64,000 bases of DNA from an uncultured Pseudomonadota bacterium. Its GTDB lineage: Bacteria; Oederibacteriota; Muellerivitia; Muellerivitales; Muellerivitaceae. The stretch spans positions 1 through 64,000 of the forward strand of contig CAVYRH010000003.1 of NCBI GenBank assembly GCA_963770835.1, given 5' to 3'. Positions 60,758 to 64,000 of the stretch are shown here, piece after piece. Every line of letters starts with the position of its first letter. The stretch's first letter is position 1. The translations under genes were made by a program, and so were the position numbers. The notes under the pieces were generated by a model. That model saw only the letters and a list, made by a program, of their open reading frames with translations, did no database searches and was not told the origin of the DNA.

Positions 60758-61484
60758 AACTTCGCTTGAGCGATCGTTCAAAATCGCGAAAGAATTAGTG
60801 CGGGGCAAATGCGCTAATCAGCTCGATCTACTCCGATATCTCGCGTACCGATATAAAAAGGATGTGGGGACCGAACTCTTACAAGCGCAGACCCTTTTTG
60901 ATGTCTTGGACAATGTCCCGTGTTCGGAGAAAGGCAAGGAGCAACTCCTTGGTACGGAAGGATACATCGCGGACAAATATTTCAGCGGGTTAAAAAAATT
61001 CTATAGATTCCCGGGCCGAAAACCACAAGGCAGGGACCAGTTTAACAGCGTACTGAATTATGGTTACGGCATCCTTTACAATGAAGTCGAACGGGCATGC
61101 CTTTACGTCGGTCTTGATCCATATCTCGGCCTCTACCACAGTGAACGCTATGGTAAGCCTGCCCTCGTTCTCGATCTTGTCGAAGAATTCCGCGTACCAA
61201 TCGTCGACTCGGTGCTTTTCCCGCTTTTCATAGAAAAGAAACTGAGCCAACGGAAATATTTTGAAAAAACCGCGGTTGGGCAATATCTGTTATCGCCTGA
61301 GGGAAAAAGCGTCGTGGTGGGGGCGATCATGAGGCGGTTGAATGAAACGACGGCATGGCGGGGGAAACAATATACTCTTAAGCAGATCATAGATAACCAG
61401 ATTAGGGCGTTGGCACGTCACTTTGTCGAAAAGGAGGACAAGTACAACCCGTTTCGTGCGGAAAAACTTTTTTCGATATCATGA
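60758..61484 (+). pseudogene. cas1: 5'-truncated duplicate of cas1 without the nonsense codon
   Basis: Matches 47553-48279 except TAC versus TAG; lacks the first ~95 codons. Confidence 0.9.
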
Positions 61485-61816
61485 ACAATTTCAATGCCAT
61501 CACCCTAGTATCGTGGGAAACGCGCGACTGGCGGCATCGGGACAAGGCGGTTCTGTGGTGCAAGAATTATGGTCTCAAGCCGGTTTTCCGGAATATGTAT
61601 ATCGGAAAATTGTATTCAAAAGAACGGGAAAAACTCGAGAATAAATTCAAGGGGGCTTTCGCAAAGAAGACCGAAAAGTTTTTTATCAGTACGCTCTGTC
61701 GGTCGTGCTTTGAAGATTCGGTTTTCGGTGGTACGCTTAGTTCTAAGAAAGATGATGTCGACATTGAAACTGCGTTTGAACTTATCCAAATCACGCCGAA
61801 TTCGGCGGAACGGTGA
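61481..61816 (+). CDS. cas2: Duplicate Cas2-like gene
   Basis: Identical translation to 48276-48611. Confidence 0.72.
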   Translation: MNNFNAITLVSWETRDWRHRDKAVLWCKNYGLKPVFRNMYIGKLYSKEREKLENKFKGAFAKKTEKFFISTLCRSCFEDSVFGGTLSSKKDDVDIETAFELIQITPNSAER

Positions 61817-61838
61817 AAAACACCAATAATTGCAGGCT

Positions 61839-61875
61839 CCTGCACATGCCTGTCGCAAAAAGGATAGTGTGCAAC
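61839..61875 (+). CRISPR. CRISPR-like repeat 3
   Basis: Exact copy of the 37-mer. Confidence 0.72.
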
Positions 61876-62962
61876 ACTCACGGCCTTAAATTTGGGTGGG
61901 CCGGTGACGAACTTAAATCAACTTTCAGGTGCAGCCACGGTCTCGGGCAAGACTTATGTGTGGTGTGGGAACAGGATTTGTGAGGAAAGAGACGCAACAG
62001 GCAAACAGGTACTCAAAAGGTTCTTTTCCAACGGCGAGCAAGACAATGGACAAAACCTGTACTATACAAAGGACCATCTGGGAAGTGTTCGTGAGGTGAT
62101 GGATGCTTCCGGAAACATCCAAGGTCAGTTTGATTATGATCCGTGGGGCAGGCAGACCCAAATAGCCGGAACTATGCAGCCTTCGTTTGGCTACACTGGT
62201 CATTTTCAGGAACCGACGACAGGGTTACTGCTTTCCAAATATCGTGTCTATAACGCGGATATGGGAAGGTGGACATCGGGAGACCCAAAAGGGCAGGTCG
62301 CGGGAGCAAACATTTATTCTTATGTAAGGAACAATCCTCTAAACACAAGAGACACATTAGGCCTTTATGATTCGAATTCCTTTATAGATAACTGGTTGTA
62401 TAACCCTGATTCTGTATCTGATTTTATCGATCCTGACTATTTTGATTGGTTTACTCCGCAAGTAGCCAATACAGCTGAAAGAGTTGCCCAAGGGGCTGCG
62501 ATTGTAGGTGGTACCGTTGGCGGTATTTCCACACTTGCAGGGGCCGGAACATTGCTCTACTGCGGTTATGATGTTTTAGCTTCCGGGTCTTCTGCTTACA
62601 CTTCATTCGCAATTGGCAATGTACTTACTGGCGCTGCCCAGACGGGTTTGGGTCTGTTCGGGGGAGCACAAATCATAAATCAAGGTTATCAATTCTTCAC
62701 CAATCCAAATCCTGCATACAGTGAAGGTCAACCACTTTTCCAACAAAATGCTTTAACGACCGCATTGGATCTCGCAGGTGGCTTTGTAGGAAGTTCGACG
62801 ATGGATTTATTAAATGGAGCTGCGAGCGCGACCTCAGATTATTCTGACATGGATCAGCAACAGGAGTCAGGGGACCCGACTAATCAAGCAACGGATACTG
62901 CCCCAGCTTCAACCGATAACTGGTATTGGCAAGAAATTGATTTAAATCCAGATGGGACATGA
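61876..62962 (+). pseudogene. N-terminally truncated RHS-core protein with variable C-terminal tip
   Basis: DHLGSVR, YDPWG, FGYTG, YRVYNADMGRWTSGDP, NIYSYVRNNPL, DTLGL; frame open from the repeat junction, no ATG or RBS. Confidence 0.82.
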
Positions 62963-62969
62963 CTTTTAG

Positions 62970-63526
62970 ATAAACCCTGCCAGCTAACCCCAGGCTTCAG
63001 CCTGGGGGCGAATGGCAGCCCGGAGGGCCGACTGAGTTTGTCGGCCCGAAGGCAAGGAACTGTGGAATGCTCTGGTCATGGGAAAATATTGGTCAGGCGC
63101 ACATACCAGACACCGACTGCAATATCACCTCGTTTGGATACCCAAGTATCGGAAACGAGTCTTGCTTGGCAAAGTTGCCGTCCGCCTGCAAGAGCTGTTT
63201 AGAGAGGCGGCCCACGTCAACCGTTGGGTAATCCACGAATTGAATATTCAGCGAGACCACGTGCATATGCTGATCCAGGTTGAGCCAAAGGTGAGTGTGG
63301 CTAAAGTGGTGCAGGTGCTAAAAGGCGGTACAAGCACCAAGATCAGGCGTGAGTACCCTGAACTTGAGGAGTTTCTCTGGGGGGATAGTTTTTGGGCGGA
63401 CGGCTACTTTGCGGAAAGTATAGGCACTGTGCAGGAGGAGATGATCCGCAAATATATCCGCGAGCAACAGCATGACCAGAGTATGCCGAAAGGTAGAAAC
63501 CCCGGGCTTTAGCCCGGGGAGATTCA
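62970..63526 (+). mobile_element. IS200-group element (tnpA only); ends approximate
   Basis: Terminal hairpins CCCCAGGCTTCAGCCTGGGG (62988-63007) and CCCCGGGCTTTAGCCCGGGG (63500-63519). Confidence 0.85.
63078..63512 (+). CDS. tnpA: IS200/IS605 HUH (Y1) transposase
   Basis: YHLVWIPKYR, DHVH, LKGGTS, FWADGYF, IRKYIREQ. Confidence 0.95.
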   Translation: MGKYWSGAHTRHRLQYHLVWIPKYRKRVLLGKVAVRLQELFREAAHVNRWVIHELNIQRDHVHMLIQVEPKVSVAKVVQVLKGGTSTKIRREYPELEEFLWGDSFWADGYFAESIGTVQEEMIRKYIREQQHDQSMPKGRNPGL

Positions 63527-63614
63527 TTAGCAAATAAACTAACTTTCTTGAATCGAACCTTTTTGGGGGATAATTACCAAACAAGTTTCTTGTCCAATAA
63601 TTTTGGGAGTGAAA

Positions 63615-63896
63615 ATGGCCGATAAGAAAAGAATTATTGTGAATGTTTTTTTTGTGCTGACAGTACTATTGGCGGGAATTGCAGCTCTCTTTTTATTTTT
63701 TTTAATGCCGGTAATACATTCTAAGTTTGCAATTTTCCATGAATATGGATTTTTGTGGCCTCTTTTTTACATTCTTTTTATTGTTTTATACTTTTTTGTT
63801 TTTTTTAAGTTGATCATTTGGTTATTAATCAAGTTTGTATATATGAAAATTATTGCTTGGATTGACAGAACAGACCCCCAAAGAAAAATCCCTTGA
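63615..63896 (+). CDS. Small two-TM membrane protein, possible RHS immunity protein
   Basis: AT-rich, hydrophobic, downstream of the RHS tip; start approximate. Confidence 0.5.
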   Translation: MADKKRIIVNVFFVLTVLLAGIAALFLFFLMPVIHSKFAIFHEYGFLWPLFYILFIVLYFFVFFKLIIWLLIKFVYMKIIAWIDRTDPQRKIP

Positions 63897-64000
63897 GGGT
63901 TCGAGGTTCAAAAACGCTTTTCCAGAGGAAGTTAATTGAATAACACTTTTAAAATACTGGGATTCTTTTTTCTTTCTACGGCCCTGTTCTTTATTCAGAA

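Noticed and set aside
48634..61875. Conventional CRISPR immunity array
   Set aside because: No 30-40-bp spacers and no effector or processing genes in the window.
47269..61875. Casposon
   Set aside because: No family B polymerase or terminal inverted repeats, and Cas1 is paired with a Cas2-like gene.
62970..63526. IS605 element with TnpB as the missing CRISPR effector
   Set aside because: The right-end hairpin overlaps the tnpA stop, leaving no room for tnpB.
1..64000. tRNA or rRNA genes
   Set aside because: None recognised by eye; tRNAscan-SE and barrnap would be needed to confirm.

Overview
Bacterial chromosomal window. The backbone is a cell-envelope/glycan locus: folC, several GT2/GT4/GT9/GT-C glycosyltransferases, O-antigen ligase, ugd, rfbD, a flippase and a sugar ABC ATPase. 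It is interrupted by accessory DNA of four kinds. (1) A family of same-orientation 28-bp sites, TGTCCACGACG-GGGACC-CGTCGTGGACA (11-6-11 architecture), separates single genes like cassette boundaries at 37.4-47.2 kb, with more copies at 1.7-14.9 kb. Two group II intron families and an IS110/IS1111 element are inserted into these sites, and each carries a readable RNA guide (EBS1 or bridge-RNA segment) matching the site. (2) An effector-less cas1-cas2 pair is followed by three identical 37-bp CRISPR-like repeats. The intervals are a 12,050-bp gene-bearing segment (Dam, DGQHR, HEPN-like, SRAP, nucleases, umuDC), a 1,081-bp copy of the cas1-cas2 locus itself, and then a truncated RHS gene. (3) An AraC-linked cluster of secreted GH16, GH64 and GH18 enzymes with Thr-rich linkers and a shared C-terminal domain. 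(4) Two insertions flanked by duplicated gene 3' ends. All calls were made by eye from motifs and alignments; no database searches were run.
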